Source: Desulfobulbaceae bacterium (lineage in GTDB: Bacteria > Desulfobacterota > Desulfobulbia > Desulfobulbales > SURF-16). Taken from it: a DNA stretch of 64,000 nt. The notes beneath the pieces were generated by a model. The model saw nothing but the letters and a program-made list of their open reading frames with translations. It was not told the DNA's origin and made no database searches. The stretch spans positions 11,047-75,046 of the forward strand of contig PKTX01000004.1 in assembly GCA_002868945.1 (NCBI GenBank). The letters are read 5' to 3'. Shown piece after piece: positions 9,164 through 18,698 of this stretch (its first letter is position 1; every line of letters begins with the position of its first letter). The translations under genes were made by a program, and so were the position numbers.

Positions 9164-10285
9164 ATGCGCTTCCTTTTCATGCTGAAAATCTATCTGCGAA
9201 TACTCCGAGTCACCTGGCGGGCATACGGATTCGGCTCGGTTTTTCTTACCTGGCTTTTGGTGGAGCCCGCCATGAAAATACTCACCGGCCTGACCCTGGC
9301 CCTGGACCACCTCTTCTTCCCCGGCTTCCGCAAGGTCAGGGTGGAAAAACCCATCTTCATCATCGGTCACCCCAGAAGCGGCACCACCTTTCTCCACCAC
9401 CTGCTGAGCCAACACGAAGAGGCAGCGCCCTTCCACACCTGGCATCTCTTTTTCCCGGCCCTCACCGCCCGCTTTCTGTTCCGGCCCCTGGTAAACCTGC
9501 TGCTCCGCAGAGGCAAGGGTGAGGTGATGCCGGAATGGACCGGCCACCGCATGGCACTGGACAAGACGGAGGAAGAGGAGATGCTCTTCCTGCACAACTA
9601 CGACACCAACTTTATCACCATCGGCATGCTCTCCTTTGACGAGCGGTCCTATCCGGAGCTGCAATACCACGACCGCCAGCCCAAAGAAGCACGCCTGCGT
9701 TCCATGCGTTTCCTGGACGGCTGCTTCCGGCGCCACCTTTACGCCACAGGCAAACGCCGGATCATCGCCCAGACCCACCTATCCACCTTCCGCCTCAAGA
9801 CCATGCTGGAGTTCTACCCGGATGCCCGATTCATTTTCATCATGCGCAACCCCCACCATGTGGTGCCCTCCTTTCTCTCCCTGCTGCACAACAGCATTGA
9901 GTTTCGCTGGGGCATCAAGCAGCTCCGGCCCGAACTGCTGCAGCGCTACAACGAACAGCGCTTTCAGGGCATGGTGGACCTGTACCGCTACTTTTACGAG
10001 ATGGACACCCAGGGCGACCTGCCGCCGGACCGGGATTTGGTCCTGCCCTACGACCTCCTGCGCAACAACCTGAACACCGCCTTTGCCCGCATCATGGAGT
10101 TCAGCGGACTGCCGGCAAGCGAGGAACTGCAACGGGCCATACGAGAGCGGGCCGAAAAACAGGTGACCTACCAGCGCAAACACAAGGTGAAAGAACTGGC
10201 CGAGTTCGGCCTGAGCCGAGAGCGCATCAGCCAGGCCTTTGCCTTTGTCTTTGAGCACTACGGCATGGAGGACAAGGGGGAGTAG
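9164..10285 (+). CDS. Sulfotransferase family protein
   Basis: The PAPS 5'-phosphosulfate-binding loop is IIGHPRSGTTFLHHLL. A 3'-phosphate-binding-like motif is IMRNPHHVVPSFLS. The exact start is uncertain (9164, or the internal MKILTG). Confidence 0.7.
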   Translation: MRFLFMLKIYLRILRVTWRAYGFGSVFLTWLLVEPAMKILTGLTLALDHLFFPGFRKVRVEKPIFIIGHPRSGTTFLHHLLSQHEEAAPFHTWHLFFPALTARFLFRPLVNLLLRRGKGEVMPEWTGHRMALDKTEEEEMLFLHNYDTNFITIGMLSFDERSYPELQYHDRQPKEARLRSMRFLDGCFRRHLYATGKRRIIAQTHLSTFRLKTMLEFYPDARFIFIMRNPHHVVPSFLSLLHNSIEFRWGIKQLRPELLQRYNEQRFQGMVDLYRYFYEMDTQGDLPPDRDLVLPYDLLRNNLNTAFARIMEFSGLPASEELQRAIRERAEKQVTYQRKHKVKELAEFGLSRERISQAFAFVFEHYGMEDKGE

Positions 10286-10509
10286 CTGACCAGGGCAAAC
10301 AGTGCCCCTTCCGGAAAAACCACCATCACGATCCACGGTTACACCTGGTTACCCAGGCCGCCTGATCCGCCATTGCAGAAAAGCGGCACGGGGCGATATC
10401 CTCCACTGCGTGGGCCGGTCGGTTTGCCTGCTCGCGCCGCCGGCTCATGCTGACCCTGCCCCAGACGCGATTGGTCTCGATCATGGCTGATGGGCCTCGC
10501 AAGAAACTT

Positions 10510-11361
10510 TCATCTCCCGGAACTCTTCGATTCAGGCACAGGCCGTGGCCCTTTGCCCTGATAGTCAATGTCCTGGCAATGCAGCGGAAAAAACGACTCC
10601 GGCGGCTGATCGGCCGCCTCGGCATAGCAGGCATGAATACCTGAGCTGACCATGATGGCGCAAGCCCGATATATTTCTTCGGGGGTAAATTTTTGATCGC
10701 ACAGAAAAGCTGTCAGATATCCGGCCAAATTGATTGTTTCTGCAAAGTGTGCAGAAATAAATTTTTCTATCTCCATGGCGAGCTCCAGATGCTCGCCAAC
10801 AACAAACCCTAACTTTCCCGCCACCTGGTGCATGGCAAAGACCCGTTCGTCCCCCTTCGCAACCGGCCGAGCATAACCGACAATGATTGGCTTTGCGCGT
10901 GGGTTTCTCTGTTGTTCACGGACGATCTCTTCAATGCTCACTCCCTGCTCGTACTTCCGGCGTGCTGCCCTAATAAAATCGGCGCTTTTCATTAAAGTCC
11001 CAGGCCCGTACAATTCGGAATCAGACGCCATATCCCCTGCGCACACAGCGGCTACCGGAGAAGTTTGCAGGGTTCCGGCGAGACTGCCGACCTGGTTGCA
11101 CCAGATGCGAGCATCCGGCCAGCTGAGGCAAATGAACAACGCCTCGAACCAATCTGCCAAACGACGCTCCACCAGTCGACCAACGCCGTTTAATAGCAGA
11201 ACCTGAAAAAAGGAAGCCTCGCCAACCAGATCCTCCAACATGGAATATCCCTGGTTGTAAACAGCCTCCCCGATAACCCAACCACCTTTTCGCGTATAAA
11301 TTTTCCCTCGCCGCTGGTCCCAGAATGAGGTGTCATTTTTTTGCTTCTGCTGCGATAACAT
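10510..11361 (-). CDS. Citrate synthase / citryl-CoA lyase-like superfamily protein (divergent)
   Basis: ASFFQVLLLNGVGRL...LFICLSWPDARIW...GSLAGTLQTSPVAAVCAG follows the helix pattern of the citrate-synthase-like fold. The start was taken at MLSQQK (11361), giving a 29-nt overlap with the upstream paralog. The family call rests on pattern resemblance only. Confidence 0.45.
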   Translation of the reverse strand: MLSQQKQKNDTSFWDQRRGKIYTRKGGWVIGEAVYNQGYSMLEDLVGEASFFQVLLLNGVGRLVERRLADWFEALFICLSWPDARIWCNQVGSLAGTLQTSPVAAVCAGDMASDSELYGPGTLMKSADFIRAARRKYEQGVSIEEIVREQQRNPRAKPIIVGYARPVAKGDERVFAMHQVAGKLGFVVGEHLELAMEIEKFISAHFAETINLAGYLTAFLCDQKFTPEEIYRACAIMVSSGIHACYAEAADQPPESFFPLHCQDIDYQGKGPRPVPESKSSGR

Positions 11362-12208
11362 AATGCTCCTCGTCCAAGAATGGCATGGCGGTGATGGGCT
11401 TATTGGCAAGTTCCAAGCCGTGGGCTAACACCCCCGGAGCAGAGATGAGCTGATAAAGCCCCGCGCCGACGCGATAATGAAACCCGAGATCACAAAAAAC
11501 AGCCGCGGCAACCCCTGGCCCCAGCCAGCCCAGGCCCTGGGGCGTTAATTCTTCGGCAAACCCCGCCCCCCAGGCCAAGGCCCTGCCGGCGCCAGGCAGA
11601 GTGCCGAGCTGGGCAGCCAGCTGTCGCGGCATGGGATCGATGCCGCCAAAGCGGCTGCCAAAGCCGGGCGCAGCATGGAAGTCCCCCTCGTCAGGCCGTG
11701 GCGCGGCAAGAGACTCTTCGGCAACCTCCGCAGGCAAGCGCTTCAGGTTCGCAGTCAGAAAACGCATGGAAGCCAACACCTCGGCGCTTCCCAGATGCGC
11801 ACCACCCAACACCGAAAGGCCAATGGGCAGCAGGTGTTGGGGATGGGTCTTGCTCACTGCGGCATTCATGGCCGCCCGGGTGGCCGGGTGGCGGGGACCC
11901 GGGTTGATCATGGCGATGCACAGGAACTCCAGCATCTCGGCCTGCTCCGGGGTGGGCAGCTCACCTTGAAAGAGGAGAAAGAGGACCTCTGCAAAGCTCC
12001 TCTTGCCGGCCAGTTCCAGGATATCGTAGCCGTGGCAGCGACACTGCTCCGCCAGGTAGGGATTCTCCTCCGTGGGAGTCTCCTGCCATATCCGGGTCCG
12101 GGTGCGATTGACAAAGGTCATGTCCCGCTTTCTGACCTGATTTTTCTCAACTGCCATATGCTGCCTACACCTCGTTTCTTTGAAAAGGCTTTGCCTGCCT
12201 TTCGACAA
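11333..12208 (-). CDS. Citrate synthase / citryl-CoA lyase-like superfamily protein (divergent)
   Basis: SFAEVLFLLFQGELPTPEQAEMLEFLCIAMINPGPRHPATRAAMNAAVS...LGGAHLGSAEV resembles the citryl-CoA lyase pattern SF.EV..LL..GELP ... DHG..P...R...S ... HGGA.E. The start is uncertain (12208, 12157 or 12121). Confidence 0.5.
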   Translation of the reverse strand: MSKGRQSLFKETRCRQHMAVEKNQVRKRDMTFVNRTRTRIWQETPTEENPYLAEQCRCHGYDILELAGKRSFAEVLFLLFQGELPTPEQAEMLEFLCIAMINPGPRHPATRAAMNAAVSKTHPQHLLPIGLSVLGGAHLGSAEVLASMRFLTANLKRLPAEVAEESLAAPRPDEGDFHAAPGFGSRFGGIDPMPRQLAAQLGTLPGAGRALAWGAGFAEELTPQGLGWLGPGVAAAVFCDLGFHYRVGAGLYQLISAPGVLAHGLELANKPITAMPFLDEEHYVIAAEAKK

Positions 12209-12246
12209 TCAAACCCCTCTGAATTGCCAAACCATGATACCCCTCC

Positions 12247-14358
12247 CTAAAAGCGATAGCTGATCTCCCCCCAGAGGGCACGGCCTTCGATGGGGTAATC
12301 GTCGGCAATGTATGCCCCGCCCGGGGCGGCCGCCGCATAGGGACTGGGAATCCTGCCCGCCTCGTCGAAGAGGTTGCGGAGGCCCACTGCCGCATCCCAG
12401 TGGTTGGCAATGTTCTTGCGCCGCACCTGCAGATTAACCACCTCATAATCGGCAATGTCATCGCGCGGGTCACCCTCGGCCCGATGGCGGTCGCCGATCC
12501 AGTAGAGCTGACCGTCCAGGGACCAGTCCGGCAGGAAAGTCCAGCTCGGATTCAGGAAGAACTGCATTGCCGGGGCGTCCGGCACCACCGCCTCGACCTT
12601 CTTGTTTTTGGAGTACTGGTAGCCAAAATTGGCACGCAGCCGGAAGTCGCGGTGCAGCAGCCAGTCCATCTCCAGCTCAAAGCCCCGGCCCTCCTGCTCG
12701 CCGTAGTTGGTGTAGGCCTGCGGGTAGGGACCGACAAGCTCGACGAGTTTCGTGGCCTCATAGTTAAACAGACTGAGGATCAAGCGGAGATCCTTGGTGG
12801 GCTGATAGTCAAAGGCCAGCTCAATGGTTTCGATCTCCTCGGGGGTAAGGGCCGGGTTGCCGGTGGTCTGGGGGTTGTTCTTGACATACTGCTCGCTGAA
12901 GGAGGGGGCGCGGAAGGCCTGGCCGTACATGAGCTTGGTGGTGAGGTCGTAGCGGGTCTCCCAGACCAGAGCCGCCCTGGGGTTGACGGTGGAGCCGAAA
13001 TCGGAGTACTCGTCATAGCGCAGGCCGGCGGTGAGGGTCCAGTTCCGGGCAAACTGCCACTCATCCTGCACCAGGCCGTACCAGAGGGTGCGGCTTGCCT
13101 CGGCTATATAGATGTGGGCCGGGTCGGTCACATGCACCATGGGGCCGAACTGGTTGGCCCCGGCAGCCGGACCAAAGTTCTTGTATTGATCACGGCCGAA
13201 GTTGTAGGACTTGGCGCCGACGCCGAGGCGGAGCTGGTGATTGCGAAACCCTTTGTACAGGCCGCCGGCCTCAAGACCGCCGTCCTGGGAGGTATAGATG
13301 GGATTACCCAGCATATTGAGAAAAGCGGCGGGAAAGAACTGGAGGAATAGATCCTGATGGATGTAAGAGTAGTATATCCTGCTCTCCAGCTCCCAGTTCT
13401 CAAGCAGCTTGTCGTTGCGGTAGGCCAGATCGGCAAGCAGGGATTTTGTTTCAACTCTGTTGTCGTAGGTGACGGCCTGGAAGCCGCCCGGACCAAGGCT
13501 GGAATCCTGCAGGGAGCCGTAGAGATGGAGGGTCCAGTTCTCCCGGCGCAGGTTGAGGTGGCTGTCCAATTGTTCGTTCCAGGTGTCCAGGTGGCCGGGG
13601 GCATTGGAGAGGGCGCCTGCCCCCACTGCATGAAGATAATCCCGCTCAACGATCCGATCCTTGTCGCCGCTGGTCTTGCGATGCTCCACGCCAAAGGCGA
13701 CATCAAAACCATTGTACTGGCCGCCGTGCTGGGTCCAGATATGGGAGGTGTCGAAGGAGCCGTAGCGGGCCCCGACCTGGGTGCCGTTGATCTCGAAGTT
13801 ATCCTTGGTGATGACGTTAACCGTGCCGCTGAAGGCATCGGCGCCGTGCAGGGCCGAGCCCGGCCCCCGCACCACCTCCACCCTGGAGATCATGGCCACC
13901 GGCATCTGATAACCGATATAGCGGCTCCCTTGGTAGCTGGAGGTGAAGGGCACGCCGTTGATCAACAACAGCACCTGCGGGTTGGTACTGGTGTGGATCC
14001 CGCGGATCGACCAGATAGATGAAAAATATCCGGTGCCAGACGGCTCCACATGCAGCCCGGGCACCGTCTCCAGCACCTCATCCAGGGTGGTGGCGCCTAT
14101 CCCTCTGATATCATCCGCCGTGATGACCGAAGCCACCGAGGGGGCCAGATGCACCGGCTTGAGCGAGCCGGTGGCCGTGAGCAGCAACCGGTCGGCACGG
14201 TAGACATCCTCCTCCTGCGGCCCCTGGCCGAACATCTGCTCAAAGGCCTCCACCTCGTCCTTGCCGGTGGAGGTGGAAGGGGAATCCGTTGCCATGGCCA
14301 CGGTGGCACAGGACAAACAGCATAAGAACGCTGCCGTCATAAGCTGCTTTTTTTGCAT
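12247..14358 (-). CDS. TonB-dependent outer-membrane receptor
   Basis: Signal peptide MQKKQLMTAAFLCCLSCATVAMA. Plug domain VITADDIRGIGATTLDEVLETVPGLHV. The long barrel ends with the terminal aromatic ...EISYRF. The start was refined to 14358, which has a G-rich RBS. Confidence 0.85.
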   Translation of the reverse strand: MQKKQLMTAAFLCCLSCATVAMATDSPSTSTGKDEVEAFEQMFGQGPQEEDVYRADRLLLTATGSLKPVHLAPSVASVITADDIRGIGATTLDEVLETVPGLHVEPSGTGYFSSIWSIRGIHTSTNPQVLLLINGVPFTSSYQGSRYIGYQMPVAMISRVEVVRGPGSALHGADAFSGTVNVITKDNFEINGTQVGARYGSFDTSHIWTQHGGQYNGFDVAFGVEHRKTSGDKDRIVERDYLHAVGAGALSNAPGHLDTWNEQLDSHLNLRRENWTLHLYGSLQDSSLGPGGFQAVTYDNRVETKSLLADLAYRNDKLLENWELESRIYYSYIHQDLFLQFFPAAFLNMLGNPIYTSQDGGLEAGGLYKGFRNHQLRLGVGAKSYNFGRDQYKNFGPAAGANQFGPMVHVTDPAHIYIAEASRTLWYGLVQDEWQFARNWTLTAGLRYDEYSDFGSTVNPRAALVWETRYDLTTKLMYGQAFRAPSFSEQYVKNNPQTTGNPALTPEEIETIELAFDYQPTKDLRLILSLFNYEATKLVELVGPYPQAYTNYGEQEGRGFELEMDWLLHRDFRLRANFGYQYSKNKKVEAVVPDAPAMQFFLNPSWTFLPDWSLDGQLYWIGDRHRAEGDPRDDIADYEVVNLQVRRKNIANHWDAAVGLRNLFDEAGRIPSPYAAAAPGGAYIADDYPIEGRALWGEISYRF

Positions 14359-14431
14359 CCCCCCTTCCCCCTTCCCCCTTCCGCTGTTGGATAAACGCCG
14401 AACAAGAGTGTGCAAGGAATTTTCTCACTAG

Positions 14432-14548
14432 TGCCTGTCCAGAAATGGCCCTCTCGGATTCTCGTAAACTCGCTTACCGGCCCGATCTCCCGGAGTCTCG
14501 CAAGCTCGCGTAACTCGTCATGCTCCAAAAATAATGCCTGGACAGACA
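14432..14548. mobile_element. Type A MITE-like element, short variant (117 bp)
   Basis: tgcctgtccagaaatggccctctcgga ... aataatgcctggacagaca. Its internal modules match the reverse complement of 35700-35840. Confidence 0.6.
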
Positions 14549-14696
14549 CCCACTAAAAAATCCCTGCTGAATTTCTCTCAGGCTACGGGGAGAAACAAAA
14601 AAAATCAAGAAAACATTTGGCGGTAAAAACAAAAAAAACCCTTTGACTTCATCTAGTTAGCAGGATGCCGAGATATCCGACATGGCCCGTTTCCGT

Positions 14697-15635
14697 TTAG
14701 CGGATAACAACGGTGGCCATATCAAGCACCTGGGGTGAGACAGGTAGCTCAATGTGTTTCACGGTTTTGAGATTGACGATAAGCTGGGTGCCGATGGGGT
14801 CCATCACCCCGATTTCCTGGGGCTTCTGGCCATGCAGCAGTATATTGCGGGCCATGTCCGCAACCTGGCTTCCGATCTGATCGGCATCCGGGTTGACCGC
14901 AAGGGCCAGCCCCATCCTGGCCAGATTCTGCGTCTGTCCGACACAGAGGAGTTTCTCCTTCAGACAGCGATCCTCAAGCCAGTCCACGTTGTCCAGGGTG
15001 TAGATGACAGGATCGTTCAGCAGCCAAAAGGCATCCACCCTGCCCGCGAGTCGCTTGAAGGCGCGCTGGAAATCACTTGGCCGATCAATGCGCTCGGTCA
15101 CCAGCTCCAGGTCGAGCAGGTCCGCCGCTGCCCTGGCCTGGCTGAAAATCGTTTCCGAAAGAGGGCTGTAGAGGAGACCGATACGCCGCATGGCGGGCTG
15201 CAACATGGTCATATTGACAAACTGGGTGCCGGGCGAGATCTCGGCGGCAATCCCGGCAATATTGCTGCTGCCGTCCAGCAGCTTATAACGCTGCCAGTTC
15301 AACACCAGGGCGAAAAGAACCGGAATCTCCTGGCTATCCTGAGTCCAGAGCTTTGCCACATAGGCGGCTTTGGCACCCAAGGCGAAAATCAGGGATGGTC
15401 GACAATCAAAAAGCTTTTCCTTCAAACCGGGATCATGGGTAATATCACCATGCAGGTTAAAAATCCGCACCGGCAGCCCTATTTCCTCGCTGAAGATGGT
15501 GACCTGCTGCCAATAAGCCGCCTCGCTGTCCGAAAGCAGGATGGCGATGGGACCGCCGGGGGCAGCAACAACCGATGTCACGCTGCCGGCCCAGAGGCCG
15601 AGCGCCAGCAAGAGGAGGAGTATTTTTTTGCACAT
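14697..15635 (-). CDS. Periplasmic ABC-type substrate-binding-like protein (ABC_sub_bind-like), orphan
   Basis: Signal peptide MCKKILLLLLALGLWAGSVTSVVA, then PIAILLSDSEAAYWQQV... typical of this binding-protein fold. The start was refined to 15635, 4 bp after the upstream stop. No permease or ATPase gene is nearby. Confidence 0.6.
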   Translation of the reverse strand: MCKKILLLLLALGLWAGSVTSVVAAPGGPIAILLSDSEAAYWQQVTIFSEEIGLPVRIFNLHGDITHDPGLKEKLFDCRPSLIFALGAKAAYVAKLWTQDSQEIPVLFALVLNWQRYKLLDGSSNIAGIAAEISPGTQFVNMTMLQPAMRRIGLLYSPLSETIFSQARAAADLLDLELVTERIDRPSDFQRAFKRLAGRVDAFWLLNDPVIYTLDNVDWLEDRCLKEKLLCVGQTQNLARMGLALAVNPDADQIGSQVADMARNILLHGQKPQEIGVMDPIGTQLIVNLKTVKHIELPVSPQVLDMATVVIR

Positions 15636-15639
15636 TGAG

Positions 15640-16446
15640 CTACTCAACATTGGGAATCCGCCATGTATCGATTTGCAGCATATCCATAATACGTGCCGCT
15701 TTTCCGCCCTCTTTACCTGCGAGGAGCAGCTGTCGCATCTTTTCGACTCCTCCGGGCGGGACCACGCCGGCGACATAACAGAGAACCGGCAGGGGAAGTG
15801 GATCCGAAACAGCCAGGATTTTGACCCTCTCGAGCAGACGGGGGTTAAGGCGGCCGACATGCTCCAGGTTGTCCTGGGAAACAAGGGCCGCCTTCACCTG
15901 CCGCAAGGCAAGGGCAAAGAGGGCGTCGGAATCCTTGGCAGTGGTGATAAACTTGAGTTCCTTGCCCCGCAAGCCGATACGCTGGAAGATAGTCTCGTCC
16001 AGCAGGGCTAGCCCGGCCTCTCCCACCGGCGTCATGGCAATGGTGGTGCCGGCCAGCGTCTCGGTTGTCAATCCGGAATCATCGGCAACGAGCAGCACCT
16101 TACGGTAGGTGGTCGTCCCTTGGCGGACCGGAATAAGAAACGGCTTGAAGCGTTTATGGTTGCCGTCCTGATGGAGGTACCATTCCGGCAGAAACAGAAA
16201 AGCAGGCGTTGCGCTCCGCACCTCACGGTCGAAATCGTGGAATCGAGCAAAAGGCTGAAAGGAAAAGCCCGAGGCGGACAAAAGAGTGTCCATGGCCTCC
16301 TTGAGGCTGGAGAGGTTGTTGTGGCATGAGTCGGGATTGAAATAAAGAAAATGAACAGAAGAGGCAGCACCCCCTGAACGAAGGGGCACGCACACCAGCA
16401 ACACCAGCGTCAGCAGAGCTGCTATATGCTTACAACACCAGCGCAT
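15640..16446 (-). CDS. Periplasmic PhnD-like (phosphonate-binding-fold) protein, orphan
   Basis: A signal peptide is present. YRKVLLVADDSGLTTETLAGTTIAMTPVGEAG and KFITTAKDSDALFALALRQVKAALV resemble the PhnD-like PBP fold. Confidence 0.55.
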   Translation of the reverse strand: MRWCCKHIAALLTLVLLVCVPLRSGGAASSVHFLYFNPDSCHNNLSSLKEAMDTLLSASGFSFQPFARFHDFDREVRSATPAFLFLPEWYLHQDGNHKRFKPFLIPVRQGTTTYRKVLLVADDSGLTTETLAGTTIAMTPVGEAGLALLDETIFQRIGLRGKELKFITTAKDSDALFALALRQVKAALVSQDNLEHVGRLNPRLLERVKILAVSDPLPLPVLCYVAGVVPPGGVEKMRQLLLAGKEGGKAARIMDMLQIDTWRIPNVE

Positions 16447-16538
16447 TCAGGCCACCATTTAAACAAGAGAATCATAGCCGTATTTATAGCATATCCGCGC
16501 TCATCCCCCATAGCATTTAAATTGTTTTTTTACGGGTT

Positions 16539-16628
16539 TCAACTTCCCCAGTTGAGATAACTATGCGACACGAAACGAGCTGAAAACCGTTTCGGACGTA
16601 TGATGCTGCCAGAACTCAGGAGTCAGGA
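16539..16628 (+). repeat. Repeat family 2, copy A (two conserved hairpins)
   Basis: tcaacttccccagttgagataactatgcgacacgaaacgagctgaaaaccgtttcgg...ctcaggagtcagga. Homologous copies lie at 25411-25505 (+) and 53094-53191 (-). Confidence 0.6.
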
Positions 16629-16769
16629 TGTCTTCATACAAGAGACAGCAAGCAGCGAAAATGCGAAATCTTTTTGTCAGAAAAGCGCCTCGCTTTCAAC
16701 CATTGCTGTCCAAGGCATAAAAGGCGGTCAACCGCTGAACCGGGTGGTTATCCGCACACCAGCGCGCTG

Positions 16770-16935
16770 CTAGTGTCGTGTCAAGGATGAAATGTTATAA
16801 TATCGTGCCGCAATTTTTTATGCCTGCAAGGCGTGGCTTCAGGAGCATAGCAGCGCTCTGTGACTGAAGCCGCAACGCGGCAGGCATGAAAAAGGGCAAG
16901 CGAGATGTGACAGTTCAGAGTTGACACGACACTAG
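16770..16935. mobile_element. Hairpin-type MITE-like element, type C (TIR ctagtgtcgtgtcaa), 166 bp
   Basis: ctagtgtcgtgtcaa at 16770-16784 matches ttgacacgacactag at 16921-16935 perfectly. Nested inner inverted repeats are atgcctgc/gcaggcat and ggcttcag/ctgaagcc. The right end contains the stop codon of the OMP gene. Confidence 0.65.
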
Positions 16936-17600
16936 AACTTATAGGTCACGCCGACCTTGATCACCGGGTAATATGTATAGCTGTCCAGGTCATCCTCAAG
17001 ATCCTTTTTTTCCTGCTCCAGATCGGCGCGAAAGGCGGCATTGGTGGCCAGGGGGCCGCTGACCTCCAGATCAACATCAGGGGATCCCAGAAAGGCGACG
17101 CCAATATCCGCAAACATCGTCCAGTTGCTGTCCCGGCCGACCGGATTCCCCCAGCCTATGCCCAGGTAGGGCGCCGCCGTATTGTAGCTGATTTCCGCAT
17201 CGAGCCGACCGACATTGGTCGCCGCGTAGACGGTATCATTAATGGTGTATGTGGCGCCGGGGTTCGGTTCCCCTCTGCCTGTCACCTTATTGTCGTTGAG
17301 CAAAACGCCGCCGGTTATCCTGAATCTCCCCTGGAACGGGTGCCAGTCTGCAGCAATAAGCCCGGAAAACAACTCAAGATCAGCGTCGTAATCAACACCA
17401 TCACTCTCGGCATCAATACCATACTCTGCCCAATGCACTCCGCCTCGGACGTTAAGGTGGCTGGGGACAATGGGGGTTGTCACTTCCACACCAGCACCAA
17501 GGGTGGAGACATGGGCTCCAACCGCCACATCAAAGGCCTGGGCATTGGTCGTTATGGCCACGCCGGCCAGGGTCAGGGCGCATACATGCATTTTCTTCAT
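16932..17600 (-). CDS. Small outer-membrane beta-barrel protein (OmpW/OmpA-barrel-like)
   Basis: Signal peptide MKKMHVCALTLAGVAITTNAQA. The sequence has an alternating amphipathic strand pattern and ends ...VGVTYKF. Confidence 0.7.
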   Translation of the reverse strand: MKKMHVCALTLAGVAITTNAQAFDVAVGAHVSTLGAGVEVTTPIVPSHLNVRGGVHWAEYGIDAESDGVDYDADLELFSGLIAADWHPFQGRFRITGGVLLNDNKVTGRGEPNPGATYTINDTVYAATNVGRLDAEISYNTAAPYLGIGWGNPVGRDSNWTMFADIGVAFLGSPDVDLEVSGPLATNAAFRADLEQEKKDLEDDLDSYTYYPVIKVGVTYKF

Positions 17601-17768
17601 TTTATTCTCCTTTTTCCTTCTTTTTAGGGATATCTTGGCATCTCAACTTTCTGAAAAAGTATTATCATGCCATAATGGTTTGCCATGGCGGCGCCCTTTT
17701 ATTTTGCCGGTGAATGCTGACAAGCAAAAACACTCTCGCTCAGCGGATTTTCCGGTTCCCCTGACGCC

Positions 17769-18698
17769 TTACACATCCTCACCCTTTCCACCGCGCAGCT
17801 TCTCCAGGAGCTCCACCTCAATGGGCCGGCTGGCCTCGCCGAAGTAAAGGGTCTGATGCGGAAAGGGAATCTCAATGCCGCGCTCGTCAAAGGCCTGCTT
17901 GACGCGGCGCAGATACTCCCTGCCCACCTGCCACTGCCTGATGGGCTTGGTACGGATACGGCCCTTAATCACCACTGCCGAGTTATCAAGCTTATCCACC
18001 CCGAAGATCTCCGGCGCTCCCAGCATAAACGGCCCAAAGACGGCATCATTGCTGAGCGCCTCGCCCACCTCGGTCATCACGGCAATGACAGCATCGGTGT
18101 TTTCCTTGTAGGCCACGCCGATATCAAAGACATAGGCGGACCACTCATTGGTCATATTACTCAGGGTGGTGATGGTGCCGTTGGGAAAGACATGAACCAC
18201 ACCGCCTAAGTCCCGCAACACCGTGGTGCGGAACTTGATATTCTCCACAAGGCCGCCGGTGCCGTTAATAATGGCCACATCGCCGACGCGGATCTGATTT
18301 TCCAGGATGATAAAAAAGCCGGAGATGATGTCCCGCACCAGATTCTGGGCCCCGAAACCGACAGCCACACCGACAATACCGGCACTGGCCAGGATGGGCC
18401 CCACCTCAAAGCCCAGCTCCTTAAGCAGCACAAGGAGCACGGTCAACCAGAGGACGATAAAGGTGGCCTGCCTGATGAGGCGGACAATGGTTTCCACCCT
18501 TTTGGCCGATTCCGTGGGCGGTTCGCCGGCCTGGGCGTCTTTTTCATGGAGGCGTTGTTCCAGACGGCTCAACAGACGCTGAATAACCTTCATGATCAGC
18601 CAGCCGCCAAGGAGGATGATCAGCACCCTGAAACCGGAGACAATGAGGATATCCCAGTCAACGCTCTTGAAATAGTGCATGATAGTATCCATCTCCAC
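17769..18698 (-). CDS. Mechanosensitive ion channel, MscS family
   Basis: Three N-terminal TM segments are followed by GVAVGFGAQNLVRDIISGFFIILENQIRVGDVAIING, the MscS TM3/beta-domain signature. Confidence 0.85.
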   Translation of the reverse strand: MEMDTIMHYFKSVDWDILIVSGFRVLIILLGGWLIMKVIQRLLSRLEQRLHEKDAQAGEPPTESAKRVETIVRLIRQATFIVLWLTVLLVLLKELGFEVGPILASAGIVGVAVGFGAQNLVRDIISGFFIILENQIRVGDVAIINGTGGLVENIKFRTTVLRDLGGVVHVFPNGTITTLSNMTNEWSAYVFDIGVAYKENTDAVIAVMTEVGEALSNDAVFGPFMLGAPEIFGVDKLDNSAVVIKGRIRTKPIRQWQVGREYLRRVKQAFDERGIEIPFPHQTLYFGEASRPIEVELLEKLRGGKGEDV

